Assembly (NCBI GenBank): GCA_963678065.2
Contig: CAXXVZ010000005.1
Coordinates: forward strand, 160,001-224,000
Source: Treponemataceae bacterium
GTDB lineage: Bacteria > Spirochaetota > Spirochaetia > Treponematales > Rectinemataceae
DNA: 64,000 nucleotides
Direction of reading: 5' to 3'
Positions 37,825 to 46,455 of this stretch are shown piece after piece; positions within the stretch are counted from its first letter, which is position 1, and every line of letters starts with the position of its first letter. The notes below the pieces were generated by a model, which was not told where the DNA came from, made no database searches, and was given only the letters and a program-made list of their open reading frames with translations. The position numbers and the translations under genes were made by a program.

Positions 37825-38943
37825 TCAGGTATTCTTGAGCCGGGGATCGAGGGCGTCCCGCAATCCGTCGCCGAGGAAGTTGTAGCAGAGCACCGTTATG
37901 AAAATCATGATCCCGGGATACAGGGCTTTCCATGGCGCATTTACCATCGTGTTGAGTTCCTGGGCGTTCGTGAGCATGTTGCCCCAGCTCGCGGCCGGAG
38001 GCTGGACGCCGAGCCCGAAGAAGGAGAGTCCCGACTCCGACAGGATGGCGCCCGCGACGCCCATCGTCGCGGCGACGATGATGGGGCCCATCGCGTTCGG
38101 CAGGACGTGCCGGAAAATGATCCTTCTGTCCTTGGCGCCGATGCCGCGCGCCGCCTCGACATAATCGCGTCGCATCAGCGAGAGGAATTCCGCGCGCACG
38201 AGACGCGCTATTCCCGTCCAGCCCGTGAGCCCCAGGACGATCATGACGTTGAAGATGTTCGGCTTCAGGACGGACATGACGGTGACGAGGAGGAGGAAGG
38301 TCGGGATGCACATGATGGCATCGACGATGCGCATCATGACGTTGTCGACGATGCCGCCGTAGTAGCCTGCGAGGCATCCCCACACGGTGCCGATCAGGAT
38401 GGATATGCCGACCGACACGAAGCCTATCGTGAGGGAAATCCGTGCCGCGTAGAGTATGCGCGAGAATACGTCGCGGCCGAGTTCGTCGCGGCCCATGATG
38501 TTGGCCACGAAGAGCTTGGGATTGCCCGCGTCGTCCGGAAGGTAGCTCCCCGTCGCCTTCGCTTCCGCGAGAATCTGCGGGCTGGCCGGTTTCGCGATCT
38601 GGTCGACGCCGCGGAAGAAGGGCTCGCCGCGTTCGGGCAGGATGACGACGAGGTCGTTGTAGGTGATGACCTTGTAGGGCGAGTAGATCGGCTTCAGATC
38701 GATGAGGAATATGTCGTACATAGGATCGCCCGACTCGGGGTAGGGGGCGACGACCGATGCGAGGGCCGCCATCGCGTAGAAGATGACAAGTACGACGATG
38801 CCGATGACCGCGAAGGCGTTCTTGCGGAAGCGCTTCCAGAGGATCAGCATCCGCTTGCCGAAGGTGTCGGAATACTCTGTCGACTCCGCGGCGACCGCTG
38901 TCGCGGAGGATTCGGCATGTATGGATTTCGGTGTCTCAGCCAT
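37825..38943 (-). CDS. Peptide ABC transporter permease (OppC/DppC)
   Basis: GRDELGRDVFSR, YVEAARGIG, RHVLPN, LGDGLRDALDP. Confidence 0.95.
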   Translation of the reverse strand: MAETPKSIHAESSATAVAAESTEYSDTFGKRMLILWKRFRKNAFAVIGIVVLVIFYAMAALASVVAPYPESGDPMYDIFLIDLKPIYSPYKVITYNDLVVILPERGEPFFRGVDQIAKPASPQILAEAKATGSYLPDDAGNPKLFVANIMGRDELGRDVFSRILYAARISLTIGFVSVGISILIGTVWGCLAGYYGGIVDNVMMRIVDAIMCIPTFLLLVTVMSVLKPNIFNVMIVLGLTGWTGIARLVRAEFLSLMRRDYVEAARGIGAKDRRIIFRHVLPNAMGPIIVAATMGVAGAILSESGLSFFGLGVQPPAASWGNMLTNAQELNTMVNAPWKALYPGIMIFITVLCYNFLGDGLRDALDPRLKNT

Positions 38944-38957
38944 GTGTCGCCTCCTTG

Positions 38958-39911
38958 TCAGTATTTGATGCGGGGGTCGGCGACGGCGTAGAGCACGTCG
39001 GCTATGAGGCTGCCCAGGATGACCATGACCGAGGACAGCATGAGGTTGCCCATCATGAGGGGATAGTCGCGCGTGAAGGCAGCCTGGACCGCGATCCGTC
39101 CTATGCCGGGCCAGCCGAATATCGTCTCGACGATGGCGGCTCCGCCCACGAGGCCCGGAATGATGAATCCGAGGAGGGTGATGATCGGAAGCAGGGCGTT
39201 CCTGAGTGCGTGCTTGGAGATGACGACGAATCCGGAGAGGCCCTTGGCCCTCGCCGTGCGCACGTAGTCCTGGCGGATCACCTCCAGCATGGAGGAGCGC
39301 ATGTAGCGCATCTTGCTCGCCATCTGACCCATGCCGAGAACAATGGTCGGCAGGATGAGATGCCGGAACCTGTCCACGAGAACGGGCCCCTGCACGTTGA
39401 TGCTGGACATCCCGCTCGTCGGAAGCCAGTCCAGCTTGAGGCTGAAGAAGAGGATGAGTATGAGGCCGAACCAGAAGCTGGGGAGAGAAACGCCAATGAA
39501 GGAAATGGTCGAGAAGAAATAGTCTATCGCTGTATTGCGCTTTATGGCCGAGATGATTCCGGCCGGAATTGCCACGGTAAATGAAAATATCGTCGCGAAC
39601 AGCGCGAGCACGAGAGTGTTGGGCAGAGCCTCCAACAGAACCTGGGTCACCGGCCTCGAGTAGTAAAACGAATTGCCGAGCTCTCCGCGGAGGACATTGG
39701 CCAGCCAGACGAAGTACCTGACAATCATAGGTCTGTCCAGGCCGAGCTGGTGGCGTATGAGCTCGAGGTCCTGCTTGGCGACCAGATCCGGGTTCACGAA
39801 CATGTAGACCGGATCGCCGGGCGCCAGATTGATGATGAAAAACGATATGATGGTGATAATGAAAAGAAGAGGGATGGCCTGAAAGAGGCGTTTGAGAATG
39901 TATCCCCTCAC
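38958..39911 (-). CDS. Peptide ABC transporter permease (OppB/DppB)
   Basis: APGDP, LGLD, DYVRTARAKGL, HALRNA, ETIFGWPGIG, DPRI; GTG start. Confidence 0.95.
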   Translation of the reverse strand: MRGYILKRLFQAIPLLFIITIISFFIINLAPGDPVYMFVNPDLVAKQDLELIRHQLGLDRPMIVRYFVWLANVLRGELGNSFYYSRPVTQVLLEALPNTLVLALFATIFSFTVAIPAGIISAIKRNTAIDYFFSTISFIGVSLPSFWFGLILILFFSLKLDWLPTSGMSSINVQGPVLVDRFRHLILPTIVLGMGQMASKMRYMRSSMLEVIRQDYVRTARAKGLSGFVVISKHALRNALLPIITLLGFIIPGLVGGAAIVETIFGWPGIGRIAVQAAFTRDYPLMMGNLMLSSVMVILGSLIADVLYAVADPRIKY

Positions 39912-39968
39912 CGTGATCTCCTTTGCGGGAGCGGGCCTGCCAACGATGTGCCCGTGACTGGAAAGTGT

Positions 39969-40038
39969 CCGCTCCCGACGGGAGCGGCGCGATCTGCCTG
40001 GGGGCAGACCGCGGCGACCCTGCCCGCAGGCAGGGTCG
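39969..40038 (-). terminator. Three tandem GC-rich hairpins between the binding-protein and permease genes (mRNA stabiliser or partial terminator)
   Basis: CCGCTCCC-GAC-GGGAGCGG; TCTGCC-N4-GGCAGA; CGACCCTGCC-CGCA-GGCAGGGTCG. Confidence 0.55.
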
Positions 40039-40047
40039 TGTACCCGT

Positions 40048-41604
40048 TTATTCGACCCAGCAGTGCTCGGGGTTGAACCAGCCGAGGAGATCGTAGGATT
40101 TCACGTTGCGGACGGCCTTGTTGTAGGCGTAGGCCTGTGTGCGGTTGATGATGAAGGTGTAAGGAGCTTCCTGTGCGACGATGGCCTGGACCTTCTTGGC
40201 GAGGGTGGCCTGTTCCTTGAGATCGACGGTGTCCTTGATCTGATCGAGGAGCTTGTCGACCTCGGGGTTGGAGTAGCGGCCGCGGTTCAGGAAGCCCTTG
40301 TCCTTGTCGGAGTGGTAGAAGGCCATGTGGTTGGCGGTGAGTCCGGTGGAGAATCCGCCGACATAGCCGTCGAACTTGCCGACTTCGACATACTTCGTGA
40401 GGAAGGTGTTCCACTCGAGGATCTGCGCCTCGACCTGGACGCCGACCATCTTGAGCGAGCTCTGCACGTACTGCAGAATCTTCTCGCGCATGATGTTGCC
40501 CTTGTTCGTGATCATGAAAATCTTGAACTTCTTTCCGTCCTTGACGCGGATGCCATCGGGACCGACCTTCCAGCCGGCCTCGTCCAGAAGCGCCTTGGCC
40601 TTGGCGAGGTCGTAGTTGTACTTCTTCGCGTCCGCATTGTAGTACGGGCTCGTGGGGACGAAGGAGGAGACGCCGACGCGGCCGTTGCCCTTGTAGATTC
40701 CGGAAACGATCTGCTGCGTGTTGATGGCGTAGGACATGGCCTGGCGCACGCGGATGTCGCTATAGAAGTCGCTCTTCGTGTTCCAGACGACGCAGTCGAA
40801 GACGGGGCCGACATAGCGTTGGACGTTGAGGCTGGGGATGGCGCTCATGCGGGCGACGTCGGATTCGGGCACGAAGACGCGGTTGGCCTCGCCCTTCTCG
40901 GCCTTGACCATGGCGGTGGCCGAGCTTCCCGAGTTGATGAAGATGTAGCGGTCGAAGCCGACGGGGCCGTCCCAGTATCTGTCGAAGCGCTCCATCTTCA
41001 GGTTCTGGTTGGTGAGCCACTCGACGAACTTGAAGGGGCCGTTCCCGACAGGCTTGCGGGCGAACTCGGATTCCTTGAGCTTGGTCTTGTCGTACTTGGA
41101 GATTTCGGACTTGGGAACGACATAGCCGAACACGAAGTAAGAGAGGATGACGCCGTCTACCTTGGAGAGCTTGAAAACAACGGTGGACGCGTCGGGGGTC
41201 GTGATCTCGGAGACGGCCTCGTAGTCCATGCGGCGCGGGGAGTTGACGGCCGGATCGCGGATGAGGTCGTAGGAGTACTTCACGTCCTCGGCCGTCATCT
41301 TCTGGCCATTGTGGAAGTAGACATCGTCGCGGAGCTTGAAGGTGATTGTCTTGCCGTCCTTGGACACATCGAAGGACTTGGCCGCGTTCGGGACGATCTC
41401 CAGCTTCTCGTTGTAGGTGAGTAGGGGAGAAAATAGGAGGTTGCAGACGTCGCTCGAGGCAGAGTCGGCATTGATGAAGGGAACGAGGAAGAGGGGATCC
41501 GAGAAGGTGGCGTAGAGCATGTCCCCGCCCTGCTTGTTCTGGGCGAATACAGGGGCCGCGATAAGCGCCGCGAACAGCGCGATCGCCAATAGTTTGTTTC
41601 TCAT
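40048..41604 (-). CDS. Family 5 peptide-binding protein (OppA/AppA-like)
   Basis: Signal peptide, TFKLRDDVYFHNG, TAEDVKYS, PVGNGPFK, RVRQA, YSNPEVD. Confidence 0.93.
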   Translation of the reverse strand: MRNKLLAIALFAALIAAPVFAQNKQGGDMLYATFSDPLFLVPFINADSASSDVCNLLFSPLLTYNEKLEIVPNAAKSFDVSKDGKTITFKLRDDVYFHNGQKMTAEDVKYSYDLIRDPAVNSPRRMDYEAVSEITTPDASTVVFKLSKVDGVILSYFVFGYVVPKSEISKYDKTKLKESEFARKPVGNGPFKFVEWLTNQNLKMERFDRYWDGPVGFDRYIFINSGSSATAMVKAEKGEANRVFVPESDVARMSAIPSLNVQRYVGPVFDCVVWNTKSDFYSDIRVRQAMSYAINTQQIVSGIYKGNGRVGVSSFVPTSPYYNADAKKYNYDLAKAKALLDEAGWKVGPDGIRVKDGKKFKIFMITNKGNIMREKILQYVQSSLKMVGVQVEAQILEWNTFLTKYVEVGKFDGYVGGFSTGLTANHMAFYHSDKDKGFLNRGRYSNPEVDKLLDQIKDTVDLKEQATLAKKVQAIVAQEAPYTFIINRTQAYAYNKAVRNVKSYDLLGWFNPEHCWVE

Positions 41605-41623
41605 TCTGTATCTCCTTGCGCTG

Positions 41624-42745
41624 TCACTTGACTACCGACACGAGTACGACGCGGTAGGCATCCGCGGGCTCGGTGGTAAGGAGGACCTTTGTCCCCTGGA
41701 CGAGGTCGGCGGCGGTTCCCTCTCCCGACGGGGTGAGGATAGTGAGGCCCTCGGAGAGCGGAAGGGCGACCGGTTCTCCCGCGTCGACGACGAGTATCTC
41801 GCCGAATACGCCGATGACGGTGGCCGGCTTGCCCACGAAGTAGGAGTCGATGTGGACGAGCCGGTTGTCGGTGCTGCAGCGGATGAGCCAGAAGTTGGCG
41901 AGATCGGTGGCCCCGACGATTGTTCCGGGCTGTCCGTTGACCTCGATCACGCAGGAGGGATCCAGTTCGAGATAGGTGATCTCGGTGGTCTTCTGGGAGA
42001 GCATGACTTTCTGGAAGGAGAGTTCGAGTTTCGGAGCGACTTCGTCGTAGCTCTTGCCGATAGCGGCGTCGAACTTGATGGTGGTTATTCCCTTGGTCTT
42101 GTCGACGACGCAGGAGGTCCCGACGGGCTCGTAGAAGGAGCCTTTGCCGTCGGCGCCGTAGGCGACGTTCATCCATGAACCATTCAACTTGATCTTCACC
42201 GATCCCTCGATCACGTCGATGTTGCCGATCATGATCTCTGTGGGACTGTTGAGAGCCCATGCGCTGTCAGTCTCGGGAGGAAGGGAGAAAACTTCGACCT
42301 TGCTGACCACGCGGCCCTCTCCGTCCTTGCGCTCGGAAGGCGCGGTGAGGTTGGAGTCGGTGGTGTTCACGCGGATGTCCGAGAGAGCGTAGACATTGGC
42401 CTTCGGTGTGGCGGATCCAAGCCCTTGGGCTTCGAGACCATAGAAGGGAACCTGGATCGAAGTCGCGAAGGCGCCGTCGGAGGCGACGGTGAGCTTGAGT
42501 CCTTTCTTGGCGATGTCGAGCCAGGGCATCACTTGGTCGATGCGCTTCACGACGGTGTTTCCGTCGATGACGAGGGTGGCAGTCGCCTGGTTGCCGGTTT
42601 TGTCGGCATAGGCGATGGTGAGGGACGTGCCGGTAAACGATACGAGCGTACCGGTCCTCGATTCCCCTCCCGATCCGGCGGCGAAGGTGAGCGCCGCGGT
42701 CAGGATGAGGAAGCAGGCGACGAGCAACGGGATTCTGGATTTCAT
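41624..42745 (-). CDS. Hypothetical secreted beta-rich protein, first gene of the peptide ABC operon
   Basis: MKSRIPLLVACFLILTAALTFA signal peptide, AAGGAAGG SD, ends 19 nt before the binding-protein gene. Confidence 0.75.
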   Translation of the reverse strand: MKSRIPLLVACFLILTAALTFAAGSGGESRTGTLVSFTGTSLTIAYADKTGNQATATLVIDGNTVVKRIDQVMPWLDIAKKGLKLTVASDGAFATSIQVPFYGLEAQGLGSATPKANVYALSDIRVNTTDSNLTAPSERKDGEGRVVSKVEVFSLPPETDSAWALNSPTEIMIGNIDVIEGSVKIKLNGSWMNVAYGADGKGSFYEPVGTSCVVDKTKGITTIKFDAAIGKSYDEVAPKLELSFQKVMLSQKTTEITYLELDPSCVIEVNGQPGTIVGATDLANFWLIRCSTDNRLVHIDSYFVGKPATVIGVFGEILVVDAGEPVALPLSEGLTILTPSGEGTAADLVQGTKVLLTTEPADAYRVVLVSVVK

Positions 42746-43042
42746 CGCAGCCTTCCTTTTGTGGAATGTGATCGCGGAGGCCAAGAATCCCCCGCGCGTC
42801 CGTTCAGGAAAGGGTTCGGAATCTCCGGCCGGTTCCGGACAGACAATTCGGAGTATAGACCATGAATTTGGGATTTGCATCAAAAAAACGCAGGTTTGTT
42901 TTTATTTATATCAGATCCGGAAACAGCGACGCGAAGAGGAGATACGGAAATTCACGCCGGAGGGGCGAACCGGGAATTTGGCGTTCGGCGAGTGCGGCAG
43001 TAATTTGATTGTGCAAGGATCATCCATAACAAGGAGAACAGA

Positions 43043-43558
43043 ATGTCCACAATCACGCTGAAAGGAAACGCAATCCATACTTCCGGATCCCTCCCCGCGA
43101 CCGGCTCGCCGGCTCCCGCATTCACGCTCACGAAAGGTGACCTCTCCGATGTCACGCTCGCCGGCTTCGCAGGCAAGGTGAAGATCCTGAACATCGTCCC
43201 CAGCCTCGACACGGGCGTATGCGCCGCGAGCGCGCGAGCATTCAACAAGGCCGCCGATTCCCTCGGCGGGACTGTCATCCTGACGATAAGCCGGGATCTG
43301 CCCTTCGCGCAGAAGCGTTTCTGCGAAGCCGAGGGAATCGCCTCGGTCGTCCCGCTCTCCGAGCTGCGGGACAGGTCGTTCGGGAAGGCCTACGGTGTGG
43401 AAATCGTCGACGGGCCGATGGCCGGCCTTCTCTCCCGGGCTGTCGTCGTCCTCGATGCACAGGACAAAGTCGTCTACACCGAACAGGTGCCCGAAATTGC
43501 CCAGGAGCCGAACTACGCGGCGGCCCTGACTGCCGCCAGAGCCGCCGCGGGAAAGTAA
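43043..43558 (+). CDS. tpx: Thiol peroxidase
   Basis: [29 protein letters not shown]. Confidence 0.97.
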   Translation: MSTITLKGNAIHTSGSLPATGSPAPAFTLTKGDLSDVTLAGFAGKVKILNIVPSLDTGVCAASARAFNKAADSLGGTVILTISRDLPFAQKRFCEAEGIASVVPLSELRDRSFGKAYGVEIVDGPMAGLLSRAVVVLDAQDKVVYTEQVPEIAQEPNYAAALTAARAAAGK

Positions 43559-43568
43559 AACCGCCGGT

Positions 43569-45332
43569 TCAGGAGAGGCCCGTGATCCTGCCCGTCTCCG
43601 TGTCGATATCCATGCCGATAAAACCGGGCTTGGAGGGAAGCCCCGGCATGGTCGTCATCTCGCCGGTGATCGGGTAGATGAATCCTGCGCCGGCCGCGAG
43701 CCGGACGTCGGTGACGGGGAATGCGAAGCCCGTCGGGCGCCCTTTCAGGGCCGGATCGTGCGAGAGCGAGTACTGGGTCTTGGCCATGCAGATCGGGAGA
43801 TTGCCGTAGCCGAGTCCTGCGAATTTCTCGATCGCCTCGAGGGCGTCGGGGCTGTAGGTCACCGAGCCGGCGCCGTAGACATCGCCCGCGATCTTTTCGA
43901 TCTTCTCCTTGATGGAGAGATCGAGGGAGTAGAGGAACGAAGGCGTGGCCGGAGCGGCGCAGGCTTTGTCCACGGCCTCAGCGAGAACCGCGGCGCCCTC
44001 CCCTCCCAAGGCCCAGTTGCGCGCGACGACGGCGTCCGAGGCTCCGGCCGCGAGCGCCGCTTCCCGGACGATGGCCTGCTCGGCCGCGGTATCGGTCGGG
44101 AAGGAGTTGATCGCGACGACGGCGGGCAGTCCGAATTTCCTGATGATGTCGAGGTGAGCCTGCAGGTTGGCCACTCCCTTCCGGACCAGCTCCTGGTTTT
44201 CCTGCGTGTAGGCCGTGGCGAGGGGCTTGCCGGGAACGACCTTGGGCCCGCCGCCGTGCATCTTGAGAGCGCGGACCGTGGCGACGAGGACGACGGCGTC
44301 GGGCATTATCCCTGAGGCGCGGCACTTGATGTCCATGAACTTCTCGAAGCCCATGTCGGCGCCGAAGCCCGACTCCGTGACCACGTAATCGCCCACCCTC
44401 GTGGCTATCATGTCGGCGAGGACCGAGGAGTTGCCGTGGGCGATGTTGGCGAAGGGGCCCGCGTGGACGAAGGCGAGCTGCTCCTCCAGGGTCTGGAGGA
44501 TGTTCGGCTTGAGCGCGTCCTTGAGCAGGATGGTCATGGCGCCCGCGACGCCGAGATCCTCGGCCGTCACGGCCTTTCCGGTCTTGTCGAGGCCGAGGAC
44601 AATCCTTCCGAGGCGGGCGCGGAGATCGGCGAGACTCGTCGAAAGGGCCAGGATCGCCATGACCTCACTCGCGACGGCGATGTCGAAGCCCGTCTCGCGC
44701 AGGGGGCCGTTGTCGAGTCCGCCCATGCCGACCATGATCCTGCGAAGGGTGCGGTCGTTCATGTCCATGACACGGCGCCAGAGGATATTGTAGGGATCGA
44801 GGTTGAGCTTGCGCATGCCGAGCTTCTCGAAATAGGCGTCGGACCAGCGGCTCTCGTGGTACATGCGGGCGTCCAGCCCCGCGGCGCAGAGATTGTGCGC
44901 GGCGGATACGGCGTGGATGTCGCCCGTGAGGTGGAGGTTGAAGTCGGCCATGGGCACGATCTGGCTGTAGCCGCCGCCGGCCGCGCCGCCCTTGATGCCG
45001 AAGGTCGGCCCCATGGAGGGCTGGCGTATGGCAGCGATTGCCTTCTTTCCGATGTAGCCGAGACCCTGAGTCAGTCCGACAGTTGTCGTCGTCTTGCCCT
45101 CGCCGAGGGGCGTCGGGGAGATCGCGGTCACGTCGATGTATCGCGCCCGTTTGGGCTCCGATCCGCGTTCGGCCAGGAATTCCATGCGGATCTTGGCCTT
45201 GTCCTCGCCGTAATGCTCGAGATGCCGCGCCTCGATGCCGTAGTCGGCGGCAATCTCCGCTATCGGCCTTATGCTGGCTTCCTGGGCGATATCGATATCG
45301 CTCGGAACAGGCTTTTTAATTGTTACGGACAT
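43569..45332 (-). CDS. fhs: Formate-tetrahydrofolate ligase
   Basis: PTPLGEGKTT, GIKGGAAGGGYSQ, HAGPFANIAHG, CMAKTQYS, TMPGLP; start at ATG 45332 after GGGAGG. Confidence 0.98.
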   Translation of the reverse strand: MSVTIKKPVPSDIDIAQEASIRPIAEIAADYGIEARHLEHYGEDKAKIRMEFLAERGSEPKRARYIDVTAISPTPLGEGKTTTTVGLTQGLGYIGKKAIAAIRQPSMGPTFGIKGGAAGGGYSQIVPMADFNLHLTGDIHAVSAAHNLCAAGLDARMYHESRWSDAYFEKLGMRKLNLDPYNILWRRVMDMNDRTLRRIMVGMGGLDNGPLRETGFDIAVASEVMAILALSTSLADLRARLGRIVLGLDKTGKAVTAEDLGVAGAMTILLKDALKPNILQTLEEQLAFVHAGPFANIAHGNSSVLADMIATRVGDYVVTESGFGADMGFEKFMDIKCRASGIMPDAVVLVATVRALKMHGGGPKVVPGKPLATAYTQENQELVRKGVANLQAHLDIIRKFGLPAVVAINSFPTDTAAEQAIVREAALAAGASDAVVARNWALGGEGAAVLAEAVDKACAAPATPSFLYSLDLSIKEKIEKIAGDVYGAGSVTYSPDALEAIEKFAGLGYGNLPICMAKTQYSLSHDPALKGRPTGFAFPVTDVRLAAGAGFIYPITGEMTTMPGLPSKPGFIGMDIDTETGRITGLS

Positions 45333-45487
45333 TGTCTGCCTCCCGGCCATTCAGGCCGTTTGTCATGCTAACGGCACATTTCGCGGCCGTCAATGAAATA
45401 AATTATCGAGTATTCGGTAAATTCAAACAAAAATCCCAAGTGCCGCTTCCTGCGCCCTGGAAAAGCTACGCGAGGGAAATGACGACA

Positions 45488-45546
45488 TTGACATATTGTT
45501 TAGCATACTGTATTATTTAGATATGCAAACTGTGCAGCATACTGCA
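45488..45546 (+). promoter_or_regulatory. Leaderless promoter and triple MarR-type operator
   Basis: TTGACA-17-TATTAT-6-ATG; three related 14-mers at 45499, 45516 and 45533. Confidence 0.7.
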
Positions 45547-45969
45547 TCAAACATCGAGCCGACCCCGCTCCGGAGACTCGCGGCGGCGATCGGCCGACGG
45601 TCGGTGCACGACTTCCTCTCATTCGGACGCGAGCGGGGGCTGTCGATCGAGCAGCTCAACATCATGCAGGCGCTGTATTTTCGCGGCGAACTGGCCATCA
45701 GCGAGCTCGGGCGCTTCTCCTCGGGGGGACGGTCGGCCATGAGCCAGCTCGCCGACTCCCTCGTGCGGGCCGGGCTCGCCCTGCGCGCCGAGGCGGAGGA
45801 CGACAGGCGGAAAAAGTACCTGAGCCTCACGGAGAAAGGCCGGGCTCTCACCGAAGAGGGCATAGCCCGGCGCACGGGCTGGACTGCCGGCCTTGAAGGG
45901 AAGCTCGGGCCCGCCGAGACGGAGCTCGCCGCAAAACTTGCGGGCTACATCGAAGCCCTGGAAGGCTGA
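45523..45969 (+). CDS. MarR-family regulator (HsmR-like)
   Basis: LSIEQLNIM, SAMSQLADSLVRAGL, DDRRKKYLSLTEKG. Confidence 0.9.
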   Translation: MQTVQHTASNIEPTPLRRLAAAIGRRSVHDFLSFGRERGLSIEQLNIMQALYFRGELAISELGRFSSGGRSAMSQLADSLVRAGLALRAEAEDDRRKKYLSLTEKGRALTEEGIARRTGWTAGLEGKLGPAETELAAKLAGYIEALEG

Positions 45970-46057
45970 GCCCCGATCCTCTTGAGTCCAAAAGTCGGAA
46001 CGATCGTCAGCAATCTCATCGCGAATGCGGGACAGGGACTGTCCTGCGGGAGGAATC

Positions 46058-46426
46058 ATGCTCATCGCAATCGCTATCGCTTCCATGCTTGTCGCAGTCA
46101 CCTGCTACACCATCGGGGTCTGGGGAGAAAAGAAAGCCGGCTCCCTCGGTCTGAGGCATCTCGTGTTTTTCTGGACCGGCTTCGTCTTCGACACCACGGG
46201 GACGACGATTATGTCCAAGCTGGCAGGATCGTTCTCCTTCAACTTCCACGGAATCACGGGGGCGGCGGCCATCGTCCTCATGTTCGGCCACGCGGTGTGG
46301 GCCACGACTGTCCTCGTGAAGAAAGATGAGAAAGCGGCGAAGGGCTTCCACCGCTACAGCCTCGCGGTCTGGGCCATCTGGCTCATCCCCTTCTTCTCGG
46401 GGATGATTGCCGCGATGGCCCGTTGA
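46058..46426 (+). CDS. hsmA: HsmA-family (TIGR03987-like) membrane protein
   Basis: YTIGVWGEK, FWTGFVFDTTGT, FHGITG, HAVWAT, FHRYSL..W..WLIP. Confidence 0.8.
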   Translation: MLIAIAIASMLVAVTCYTIGVWGEKKAGSLGLRHLVFFWTGFVFDTTGTTIMSKLAGSFSFNFHGITGAAAIVLMFGHAVWATTVLVKKDEKAAKGFHRYSLAVWAIWLIPFFSGMIAAMAR

Positions 46427-46455
46427 CGGGCGGGACCGCGCGGGCTCAGGATCGC

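Noticed and set aside
45333..45400. ZTP/THF riboswitch upstream of fhs
   Set aside because: The promoter TTGACG-17-TAGCAT lies only about 35 nt from the start, so the leader is too short, and no aptamer motifs are visible.
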